Source of the DNA: Bacillales bacterium
GTDB lineage: Bacteria > Bacillota_I > Bacilli_A > RFN20 > CAG-826
Length of the DNA: 45,582 nucleotides
Reading direction: 5' to 3'
Assembly (NCBI GenBank): GCA_016287465.1
Contig: JAEEWP010000002.1
Location: 1 to 45,582, forward strand
Shown piece after piece: positions 1 to 6,888 of the stretch. The position numbers and the translations under genes are program-made. The notes under the pieces are model-generated. The model made no database searches. It had not been told where the DNA came from and saw nothing but the letters and a program-made list of their open reading frames with translations. Numbering within the stretch: the stretch's first letter is position 1; each line of letters opens with the position of its first letter.

Positions 1-73
1 TGGGCCAAGGCGGAGTTGAACCGCCGACACAAGGATTTTCAGTCCTTTGCTCTACCAGCTGAGCTACCGGCCC
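1..73 (-). tRNA. tRNA-Phe (anticodon GAA)
   Basis: Reverse complement GGGCCGGTAGCTCAGCTGGTAGAGCAAAGGACTGAAAATCCTTGTGTCGGCGGTTCAACTCCGCCTTGGCCCA folds as a cloverleaf. Anticodon loop is CTGAAAA and the T arm is GGCGG/CCGCC. It ends at discriminator A on the window edge, so an encoded CCA cannot be seen. Confidence 0.9.
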
Positions 74-91
74 ATCTATCAGCACACTTAT

Positions 92-168
92 TGGCGGACC
101 ATACGAGATTCGAACTCGTGATCTTCTCCGTGACAGGGAGACATGTTAGGCCGCTACACCAATGGTCC
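92..168 (-). tRNA. tRNA-Asp (anticodon GTC)
   Basis: Reverse complement GGACCATTGGTGTAGCGGCCTAACATGTCTCCCTGTCACGGAGAAGATCACGAGTTCGAATCTCGTATGGTCCGCCA. Anticodon stem is TCTCC/GGAGA with loop CTGTCAC, the T loop is GTTCGAATC, and CCA is encoded. Confidence 0.9.
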
Positions 169-185
169 GTTTCGCGTGCCTAAAT

Positions 186-214
186 ATTATCCACAAGTGA
201 GTGATTACTTGCAA
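186..214 (-). promoter_or_regulatory. Sigma-A type promoter for the tRNA-Asp/tRNA-Phe unit
   Basis: Minus strand reads TTGCAA (214..209), a 17-nt spacer, then GATAAT (191..186). It lies about 18 nt upstream of the tRNA-Asp 5' end. Confidence 0.7.
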
Positions 215-234
215 GAGGAAATATAGTGCAAAAA

Positions 235-1050
235 CTACTTCTCTTCTTGGCTTTGCTCCCCTTCTTCTTTGTAAGGGACATAACGGTAATACTCGACGTT
301 ATCAAGAGAGGAACTCGTCTCGACCATGAAGTTATAGACGGCTTCCCTAAGAAGATGGGTTCTTTCGCCTAAAGGTTTGTCCATATCCGGGTAGAAAGGC
401 TCGGAGACATGGATGACCGCGCGAGGTTTGCCATTCGGGCAGATCTTCCTTCTTTCGTAGGTCGTGCAGACCGCGACGACTGGAGCGTTTAGTGTCGCTG
501 GATAAGTGAATGAAGTATCAGGGAAAGGCCTGATCATCGTGCAATATGGCCAGATATGGGCTTCTGGGAAGATGAGTATGGCGTGACCTTTATGGAGACG
601 CTTCGCCATCTCTTCCGTATACGCTTTCTTTTGGTTTGGGGTCTCTGGGAGAGGAAGAGCGCCTAGCGCCATCTCAAAAGGACGGGCGAAGGCTTTGCTC
701 ACAGCTGCCTGGCCGCAGACGATGGCCACTCTCTTAGGAGGGAGAAGGCCTGCTGGGACGAACATCGCGTCACAGGCGCTTGTGTGGTTGCCATAGATGA
801 AGTAACCGCCTTTTAAGCGGGATTTGCGGAGCTTTTTCTTTCCAATAATCCTAAAATGCGTGGCAATTTTGGCATATATCCAAAGAATCGGGATACCGAA
901 TGCGTAATAGAAAATGAAACCAAAGAAATTGGCGATAGGGTTCCTCGTTGAGTATTTGAAGTTATCAGGGAGAGGCTTATAGTCGAAACCCGTGTTAGCG
1001 AAGTCATCGTTAACGAGGTCCTTGTAATATATCGTCTTCTTTGGGAGCAT
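235..1050 (-). CDS. plsC: 1-acyl-sn-glycerol-3-phosphate (lysophospholipid) acyltransferase, PlsC family
   Basis: 271-aa ORF with an ATG start. Acyltransferase HX4D motif is present (NHTSACD) with a downstream FPEAHIW block, plus an N-terminal hydrophobic segment. Confidence 0.8.
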   Translation of the reverse strand: MLPKKTIYYKDLVNDDFANTGFDYKPLPDNFKYSTRNPIANFFGFIFYYAFGIPILWIYAKIATHFRIIGKKKLRKSRLKGGYFIYGNHTSACDAMFVPAGLLPPKRVAIVCGQAAVSKAFARPFEMALGALPLPETPNQKKAYTEEMAKRLHKGHAILIFPEAHIWPYCTMIRPFPDTSFTYPATLNAPVVAVCTTYERRKICPNGKPRAVIHVSEPFYPDMDKPLGERTHLLREAVYNFMVETSSSLDNVEYYRYVPYKEEGEQSQEEK

Positions 1051-1073
1051 ACTCGGCTATTCTATCTTCATTT

Positions 1074-1100
1074 GAAAAAAGAAGGAAGTCACCTTCCTTC
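1074..1100 (-). terminator. Rho-independent terminator overlapping the stop codon of the 1089..1742 gene
   Basis: Minus strand GAAGGAAG-GTGA-CTTCCTTC followed by TTTTTT. The TGA stop sits in the loop. Confidence 0.65.
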
Positions 1101-1742
1101 GAGAGAGTTGGTTTTCTTCTTTTTCCTTTTCTTCTCATCACGAAGCTCGAGTAGCCACCAGTAGAGGCCGCTTCTAAGGAAGATGAAGGACATGACAAGG
1201 AATCCGGTTATTGGGGAAACCCTGCCGATCATGAGGATGAAGATGACAACCCAAAGCAAAGCTTCAACGACATAGGCGATCGAATGAAGGAGAGGGTTGA
1301 AGTAATTCTTCCTAAGGAAGATGGCTGGGATGACGCTAGAGAAGACGACCATGACAGCGACGAATAAAAGGAAGAACGTCGAAGCGAATTTGATCGAGGT
1401 GAAGAAAGTCTCATTTCCCCCTACATTCATCTTCGCTGCTAAGACGAAGAAGACATAAAGAAGGAAAGCAAGAGACAAACCACTAGAGACTAAGAAAGCG
1501 ATAGGAAGGAACTTCTTCTGACCGGTGAAGATAAGGAAGAGGCAAGCAGCCGTTCCCACAACAAACACGGAACCCATGGTGATCACCTCAGGAAGCTGAA
1601 AGAAATCGGTTGGATTGAGGTTCTTCATGTTGGAGAAAACACCGGCAAGAACATAAAGAATTCCAACGAAAAGGGCGAGTATCAAAAACACATCGCCAAG
1701 GACTTTGATGAAAAGGGAAACGTTATCCGTGTTTTTCCTCAT
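1089..1742 (-). CDS. Polytopic membrane protein, unknown function
   Basis: 217-aa ORF with about 6 hydrophobic helices and a Lys-rich C-terminus. No recognisable family motif and no clear SD. Confidence 0.6.
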   Translation of the reverse strand: MRKNTDNVSLFIKVLGDVFLILALFVGILYVLAGVFSNMKNLNPTDFFQLPEVITMGSVFVVGTAACLFLIFTGQKKFLPIAFLVSSGLSLAFLLYVFFVLAAKMNVGGNETFFTSIKFASTFFLLFVAVMVVFSSVIPAIFLRKNYFNPLLHSIAYVVEALLWVVIFILMIGRVSPITGFLVMSFIFLRSGLYWWLLELRDEKKRKKKKTNSLEGR

Positions 1743-1839
1743 GGGTTAATATTGTGCCAATTTCACAATTTGTTCAAGTTTTCGTAAGAAAAAGCCCCTC
1801 CTTTTCGGAGAGGCTTGGCTATCAACACTTAACTAAGGA

Positions 1840-2538
1840 CTAGTGCTCAGCGAAGATGACGAAGGAGGTCATATCGAAGACTGGACGGTAGTCACAAGCG
1901 GTGATGGCGATGGTGTCTTCATTGCCGGTGAGGTTGATGGTTGGGGCAACGACGAACTGAGCGAAATCGGTGGTGAGGCAGTCTCTGCTGTCCTGGATAT
2001 CGATCTCGGTGCCGTTGAGTTTAACGGTGACGCTTCTCTCGCCGAGGGTCTTGCCTTCGCCACTGCTGGAGGTCTTGGCGGTCATGACCATCTGGTAAGC
2101 GCCGGCTTTTGGAGCTTTGACTTTCCAGCAAACGGCAGCGGTCTTGTCGTTGACGGAATACACCTTGCCGTCGCTGTCGAGCTTGGTGCCTTCAGGGGCG
2201 CCTTCGGCAACGGTCCAATCGGCGATAGCGATCTTGACGCCAACTTTGTTAGCGGTCGCATCGGTGAGTGGGATGTAGTTCTTGCCATCGGCGTTGGCAG
2301 CTGGGGTTCCTTCGGTCCAGGTGTGGGCGATGACTTTGGTGTAGTCTGGGCCAGTGGACTTGGAGGAAGAGGCCTTGGATGAGGAGGCTTTGGAGCTGGA
2401 AGCTTTGGCGCTGGTAGCGGCCTGGCTCTGGCTGGTGGCAGCGGCAGTTCCGGACTCGGTTGGAGTCTGTTCGGTGCAAGCTGCGAGACCTAAGGTCATA
2501 AGGGCAGCTAATGAGGCTAAGATTTTAACTTTCTTCAT
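1840..2538 (-). CDS. Surface lipoprotein with Ser-rich linker and CBM-like beta-sandwich module
   Basis: Signal peptide plus lipobox LAAC. Linker SAKASSSKASSSKASSSK. The C-terminal module shares the blocks HTWTEGT, AGAYQMVMTAK and FVIFAEH with modules in 6889..9771 and 10040..10936. Confidence 0.75.
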   Translation of the reverse strand: MKKVKILASLAALMTLGLAACTEQTPTESGTAAATSQSQAATSAKASSSKASSSKASSSKSTGPDYTKVIAHTWTEGTPAANADGKNYIPLTDATANKVGVKIAIADWTVAEGAPEGTKLDSDGKVYSVNDKTAAVCWKVKAPKAGAYQMVMTAKTSSSGEGKTLGERSVTVKLNGTEIDIQDSRDCLTTDFAQFVVAPTINLTGNEDTIAITACDYRPVFDMTSFVIFAEH

Positions 2539-2754
2539 AAATCTTTCTGCAACGGTTAAGTTGCGGTTCCTTTCTTTTGGGGTTTTCAGGTTTAGATGAA
2601 GAAGATCCCCCCTTCAAAATCCTCTTCATAAAGAAGAAAACATCAGATATTACGCATCAAAATGCATTCTTATTTATAAAGGTTATTAAATGTAAGCGGA
2701 TACATGCATGACAAACTTGTGTTACAATCATGGTCTTTCTTTTGATTTTGCTAT

Positions 2755-2780
2755 ATAAAAAGACTTACTTTGTAAGTCTT
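2755..2780 (-). terminator. Rho-independent terminator after 2817..3353
   Basis: Minus strand AGACTTAC-AAA-GTAAGTCT followed by TTTTATAT. Confidence 0.6.
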
Positions 2781-2816
2781 TAATTATAAGTGCTCATTTT
2801 GCGAATTATTGTCGTT

Positions 2817-3353
2817 TTAAATGGTGGAAGTTATGGCTAAAGCGCCTACTGAAACGAGGATTCCAAGGATGGCAAATACCCTAGCGGCCTTGCATTTTCC
2901 CTTTGATGAGCGGTATGCGGCGTCGTTCCCCTCCTCTTTGTCGTTTTTGGCAAGGGTCGCTCCGACAATCGAGAGGACGAATATGACAATGCAAAGGACG
3001 ATCAAAACGATTCTGAGGGTCCTGAATGCCTCAACTTGGGAAGCCGTGACTTCAATATCCCCAATGATTTCGTCAAAGAACTGCACGGATAATGTCAAAG
3101 GCCAGAAGCCATATTGCTCAACCAAAAAGATGCCGAAGATGAAGATGAATGAGGCGATCATGGCGGCAAAAAGGATCACGAAAGCGATGCAAGGGACGAT
3201 GAGTGCCGCGACAAACTGCAAAACGACATCCGAGAAGATGATGAGATCGGCGACGACCGCCACGGCGATCAAAGCGAACACCGATATCAGGCAGATATTC
3301 GATAGCAATCTCGATTCAGATTTTGGTTTTTCGTTTTTCATGTAGGGGCTCAT
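2817..3353 (-). CDS. Membrane protein, unknown function
   Basis: 178-aa ORF with 4-5 hydrophobic helices. The start is uncertain (ATG at 3353 or 3341; neither has a good SD). The same-size plus-strand ORF 2821..3345 looks like a shadow ORF. Confidence 0.55.
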   Translation of the reverse strand: MSPYMKNEKPKSESRLLSNICLISVFALIAVAVVADLIIFSDVVLQFVAALIVPCIAFVILFAAMIASFIFIFGIFLVEQYGFWPLTLSVQFFDEIIGDIEVTASQVEAFRTLRIVLIVLCIVIFVLSIVGATLAKNDKEEGNDAAYRSSKGKCKAARVFAILGILVSVGALAITSTI

Positions 3354-3390
3354 TGTAGCACATTTTCAATTATTCCAAGCCTGAAGGAAG

Positions 3391-3422
3391 AATAAAAACA
3401 GCACCGATTGTTCGATGCTGTT
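3391..3422 (-). terminator. Rho-independent terminator after cysK
   Basis: Minus strand AACAGCATCGA-ACAA-TCGGTGCTGTT (11-bp stem) followed by TTTTATT. Confidence 0.85.
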
Positions 3423-3430
3423 TGAGTTTC

Positions 3431-4357
3431 TCAGTTGAACATTGGGGTCGAGAGGTATCTTTCGCCGGTGTCAGGGAGAAGGACGACGATCGTCTTGCCA
3501 GTGTTCTCTTCTCTTTGGGCGAGCTTGATGGCGGCTTTTATGGCTGCGCCGCTAGAGATGCCGACGAGTAGGCCTTCCACCGTTGCTGATTCTTTGCCCA
3601 TCTCGAAGGCTTCTTCGTTGCCGATGGTGATGATCTCATCATAGATGGAGGTATCAAGTGTCTCTGGAACGAAGCCTGCTCCGATGCCCTGGATCTTGTG
3701 TGGGCCTGGGGTTCCTTTTGAGAGAACTGGAGAGGTCTCCGGCTCAACGGCAACGGCTTTGATGTTTGGGTTCTTCTCTTTGAGGCATTTGCCAACGCCA
3801 GAAAGGGTTCCACCTGTGCCGACACCTGCGACGAAATAGTCAATTTCCCCATCTAAATCCGCATAGATTTCAGGACCCGTGGTCAAATAATGGATATTTG
3901 GGTTGGCCATATTGGTGAACTGGGAAGGGATGAATGAATTAGGGATTTCTTTCGCGAGGGATTCCGCTTTCTCGATAGCGCCTTTCATTCCTTTAGCGCC
4001 TTCGGTTAAGACGAGTTCAGCGCCATAGGCTTTGAGGAGGTTCCTTCTTTCCATGGACATGGTCTCTGGCATGGTGAGGATAATTCTTAAGCCTTTGGAG
4101 GCGGCAACCATTGCCAAACCGATGCCGGTATTTCCAGATGTTGGCTCAATAAGAACGGTTTGTTGATTGATGAGGCCTTCTTTCTCGGCTTTCTCAATCA
4201 TGGCTTTGGCGATACGGTCCTTGACGCTTCCGCCTGGGTTAAAGCGTTCAACTTTCGCGATGATCTTCGCTTTGAGACCGTATTTTTTCTCGATGTTTGA
4301 GAGTTCCACCAAAGGTGTGTTTCCGATGGTGTCGATTATTTTGGAATATACTTTCAT
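3431..4357 (-). CDS. cysK: Cysteine synthase A (O-acetylserine sulfhydrylase)
   Basis: 308 aa. N-terminal IGNTPLVEL, the PLP-lysine block [12 protein letters not shown], and the [10 protein letters not shown] and GVGTGGT loops are typical of CysK. Confidence 0.95.
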   Translation of the reverse strand: MKVYSKIIDTIGNTPLVELSNIEKKYGLKAKIIAKVERFNPGGSVKDRIAKAMIEKAEKEGLINQQTVLIEPTSGNTGIGLAMVAASKGLRIILTMPETMSMERRNLLKAYGAELVLTEGAKGMKGAIEKAESLAKEIPNSFIPSQFTNMANPNIHYLTTGPEIYADLDGEIDYFVAGVGTGGTLSGVGKCLKEKNPNIKAVAVEPETSPVLSKGTPGPHKIQGIGAGFVPETLDTSIYDEIITIGNEEAFEMGKESATVEGLLVGISSGAAIKAAIKLAQREENTGKTIVVLLPDTGERYLSTPMFN

Positions 4358-4392
4358 GCCTTTTATCCTTGTTTTCCGGTGACTCTAATATC

Positions 4393-4429
4393 ATAAAAGA
4401 AAACAGTACCGATTTGTATCGATACTGTT
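4393..4429 (-). terminator. Rho-independent terminator after initiator tRNA
   Basis: Minus strand AACAGTATCGA-TACAAA-TCGGTACTGTT followed by TTCTTTT. It is a sequence homolog of the cysK terminator. Confidence 0.8.
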
Positions 4430-4438
4430 CTGATTGAT

Positions 4439-4513
4439 TGGTTGCGGAGGGTGGATTTGAACCACCGACCCCCAGGTTATGGGCCTGATGAGCTACCACT
4501 GCTCTACCCCGCG
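4439..4513 (-). tRNA. Initiator tRNA-fMet (anticodon CAT)
   Basis: Reverse complement CGCGGGGTAGAGCAGTGGTAGCTCATCAGGCCCATAACCTGGGGGTCGGTGGTTCAAATCCACCCTCCGCAACCA. It has the C1:A72 mismatch and three G:C pairs closing the anticodon stem, both initiator hallmarks. CCA is encoded. Confidence 0.9.
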
Positions 4514-4543
4514 ATAATAGGTACGCCTTTTGAGCGCCCCCAT

Positions 4544-4572
4544 ATATTAAAGGGTAAGCAAATGGAGGTCAA
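4544..4572 (-). promoter_or_regulatory. Sigma-A type promoter for initiator tRNA
   Basis: Minus strand TTGACC (4572..4567), a 17-nt spacer, then TAATAT (4549..4544), about 30 nt upstream of the tRNA 5' end. Confidence 0.7.
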
Positions 4573-4577
4573 GCATT

Positions 4578-5615
4578 TTACCAGCGGTTATAGACTTTTT
4601 CGGCAAAGCCAGGCGCATCTTCGATGACAATTAGCTTTTCGCTGTCAGGAAGGCGGATGGTGCCATTGAAAACGCCGAAGACCTGGTTCTGGTTCGAACG
4701 GATGACCACAAGGTTGCTGTCGCTATGGCGGTTGAGGATTGGGGTGAATTCGATCTTGATGTCGCGTTTCTCGCTTCTGAAGGTCCATCTCTTCATGAAA
4801 TCATCATGGCCTTTGTTGTCTAACGGGATATCAAAGCGGACGTCATCGAGCTTATAGACATTGCCATCATAGAAAAGGATGTTCTCGGAGGCTGCGCTTG
4901 TGTCGCCAAAGCCATATCCGAGGTTCCAGCCGATCTCTTTGCCATCCTGGATGGTGTTCATGCTCGACCAATACCAGGTGTTCTTATAGGTCCAAACACC
5001 TCTTCCCCAGTCGAGGGTGCCATATGTATCGTGGCTAAGATCGACGAAATCATCGTCGAGTTTGGCGTATCCCGTCGAGGAGAGAAGATTTATCTTCTGG
5101 TTGTAATAGAAATGCTTTTTCTTTGGCCATGGGGTGGCGATGACAAGAGAGTTGCCGTTAAGCGTCTCAGTGAGCTTGATGTCGGCACGGAGCTCTTTCT
5201 CTCCTGAGAAGTTCTTCCAAACGAGGAGGAGTCTTCTAACTGTCTCTCCTTCATGGAGGAATTTCATCTCCACTTCCTTGTTTTGGAACACTACATCCCC
5301 TTCTTTCGAGGAAGATGGGAGGTTGGTCTTGCCAAAGGTGAAGGCTTTGAGGGTCATCTTCTCGACATAGGTTTTTGTTTCGAAGTTGAAAAGAGTGGCG
5401 CTTGCCATTGCGTATAGCCCATTGTCGGCAATCGTCATGGCGATGCCTCTTTTCTTGTTGCCGACATAATAGTAATCCCACTCTTTTATGCGGGATTTGC
5501 CGGCTTTAATGAGATTTCTGTCGTATTTTTTGACGAGACTTAAAGCGTAGCCAGCCTCGTTAAGGTTCCCTTCTCCATTCAAAAGGGGTCCTTCGGTAAG
5601 AAGATGTTGTTCCAT
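4578..5615 (-). CDS. DUF2804-like protein
   Basis: The track ORF begins at a GTG. I prefer the ATG at 5615, which follows GAGG at 9-nt spacing. Blocks KEWDYYYV and GVWTYKNTWYWSS match my recollection of the DUF2804 family. Confidence 0.6.
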   Translation of the reverse strand: MEQHLLTEGPLLNGEGNLNEAGYALSLVKKYDRNLIKAGKSRIKEWDYYYVGNKKRGIAMTIADNGLYAMASATLFNFETKTYVEKMTLKAFTFGKTNLPSSSKEGDVVFQNKEVEMKFLHEGETVRRLLLVWKNFSGEKELRADIKLTETLNGNSLVIATPWPKKKHFYYNQKINLLSSTGYAKLDDDFVDLSHDTYGTLDWGRGVWTYKNTWYWSSMNTIQDGKEIGWNLGYGFGDTSAASENILFYDGNVYKLDDVRFDIPLDNKGHDDFMKRWTFRSEKRDIKIEFTPILNRHSDSNLVVIRSNQNQVFGVFNGTIRLPDSEKLIVIEDAPGFAEKVYNRW

Positions 5616-5708
5616 AACTAATGACCTCACTTGTTATTCTACTTTTTTTGAAAGGGAGTTCTAGAGAAAGCAAACACATTTGAGGCGAATTGCATTAATA
5701 TTACTGAT

Positions 5709-6629
5709 ATGGAGAACGAGTCCACCAAGAAGAACTTCTTAATCGACACCCTCAAAGGGCTTCCTTTAGGCGTGTCTGCTGCCGTCCCTGGGGTATCCGC
5801 GGGAACGATCGCCATCATCGAGAAGTGCTATGACAGGATCATCAACTCGATCGCTGACCTGAAGAAGAACTTCAAAGCGAACTTCTTAAGCCTTCTCCCC
5901 TTCTTGCTTGGATATCTTATTGGCGGTGCGTTAGCCCTCCTTGCTATTAAGAAAGGCTATGAGGTCGCTCCATTCTGTTTGACCGGATTGTTTGGCGGTT
6001 TCATCATCGGCTCACTCCCTTCGATTACCGTCGAACTCCATAAAGGAAACAACGTCAAAGAGAAGTTCTTCCATATCTTCGCGATGCTCATTTGTTTCGC
6101 TGTAGCGTCACTTTTAGGCATATTGTCCGCTTTATATAAACTTGATTTGAGCGCGGCCATGGACGAACACGCCTGGTGGATATATCCATATATCTTCTTA
6201 GCGGGCGCAATAGGTGCAGGCGCATGCCTTGTCCCAGGCGTCTCCGGTTCAATGTGCCTTATGGTCATGGGTTTATATATCCCTCTCCTCAATAAGCTTA
6301 TCGGGGATAATGCCTTCTATATGACTGGGGACATCCTTAACGGGATCATCTACGCCCTTGTGATCCTTTTAGGAGCGATCACCGGTTTGGTTGTCGCTTC
6401 CAAAGGAATGAAGTATCTCCTTGCCAAACATAGGACCACCACATTCTTCGCTATCTTCGGTTTGATCATCGGATCCCTTGTCAGCATGTTCATGAATTCG
6501 AGCATCTACCCTGTCTATTTGGATGTCGCTCATCCGTTATGGGATTACATCGTCGGAGGGTGTCTCCTTGTCGGTGGCGCAATCCTCACATTCATTTTGT
6601 ATAAATTCTCCAATAAAAAAGAAAACTAA
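5709..6629 (+). CDS. DUF368 family membrane protein (putative undecaprenyl-phosphate translocase type)
   Basis: 306 aa and polytopic. It has two PGVSxG(T/S) motifs (VPGVSAGTIAII and VPGVSGSMCLMV), as in DUF368. Confidence 0.75.
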   Translation: MENESTKKNFLIDTLKGLPLGVSAAVPGVSAGTIAIIEKCYDRIINSIADLKKNFKANFLSLLPFLLGYLIGGALALLAIKKGYEVAPFCLTGLFGGFIIGSLPSITVELHKGNNVKEKFFHIFAMLICFAVASLLGILSALYKLDLSAAMDEHAWWIYPYIFLAGAIGAGACLVPGVSGSMCLMVMGLYIPLLNKLIGDNAFYMTGDILNGIIYALVILLGAITGLVVASKGMKYLLAKHRTTTFFAIFGLIIGSLVSMFMNSSIYPVYLDVAHPLWDYIVGGCLLVGGAILTFILYKFSNKKEN

Positions 6630-6695
6630 CCTGTTAATAGGGTGAATGGAGCGATAAACCACCACAGTCGTTCCATGATTGTTGCTTTACACAGA

Positions 6696-6735
6696 AACCA
6701 CCCCGTTAACTCCTTCACGAGGGTGGTTTTTGTTT
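6696..6735 (+). terminator. Rho-independent terminator after the DUF368 gene
   Basis: AACCACCC...GGGTGGTT stem with inner CGT/ACG pairs, followed by TTTTTGTTT. Confidence 0.55.
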
Positions 6736-6835
6736 ATGTCTAAAGAAAAATCGCTCGCAGAACCACCTTATTTTTGAAGATTTGGCTGTTTGGTAAGGAT
6801 TTATATGTCTTTTTAAATAAAAGCGCAGGAAGACA

Positions 6836-6866
6836 CAAAAAAACGGACCCTCGTGAGAGGGCCCGT
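6836..6866 (-). terminator. Rho-independent terminator after 6889..9771
   Basis: Minus strand ACGGGCCCTC-TCAC-GAGGGTCCGT followed by TTTTTTT. Confidence 0.85.
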
Positions 6867-6888
6867 CATTTTTAGGTTATTGACCTAA

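Noticed and set aside
1089-1091. Possible Mollicutes genetic code 4 (TGA read as Trp)
   Set aside because: TGA serves as a real stop here, located in the loop of a terminator hairpin. All long ORFs are intact under code 11, and Trp is encoded by TGG in conserved motifs.
1843-2382. Long antisense ORFs opposite confirmed genes (1843..2382, 2821..3345, 8671..9285, 25290..25796, 27055..27654, 28336..28959, 31479..32105, 36152..36466)
   Set aside because: Each fully overlaps a minus-strand gene that has signal peptides, domain motifs or paralogs. None has an SD or recognisable motifs.
2359-2406. (KASSS)x3 coding repeat as a slippage-prone phase or size-variation site
   Set aside because: The three 15-nt units differ at several synonymous positions (CTTGGAGGAAGAGGC, CTTGGATGAGGAGGC, TTTGGAGCTGGAAGC), so the DNA repeat is imperfect and unlikely to slip.
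4248-4499. 83-aa ORF overlapping the initiator tRNA and the cysK 5' end
   Set aside because: It is explained by the tRNA gene and its terminator and has no independent coding support.
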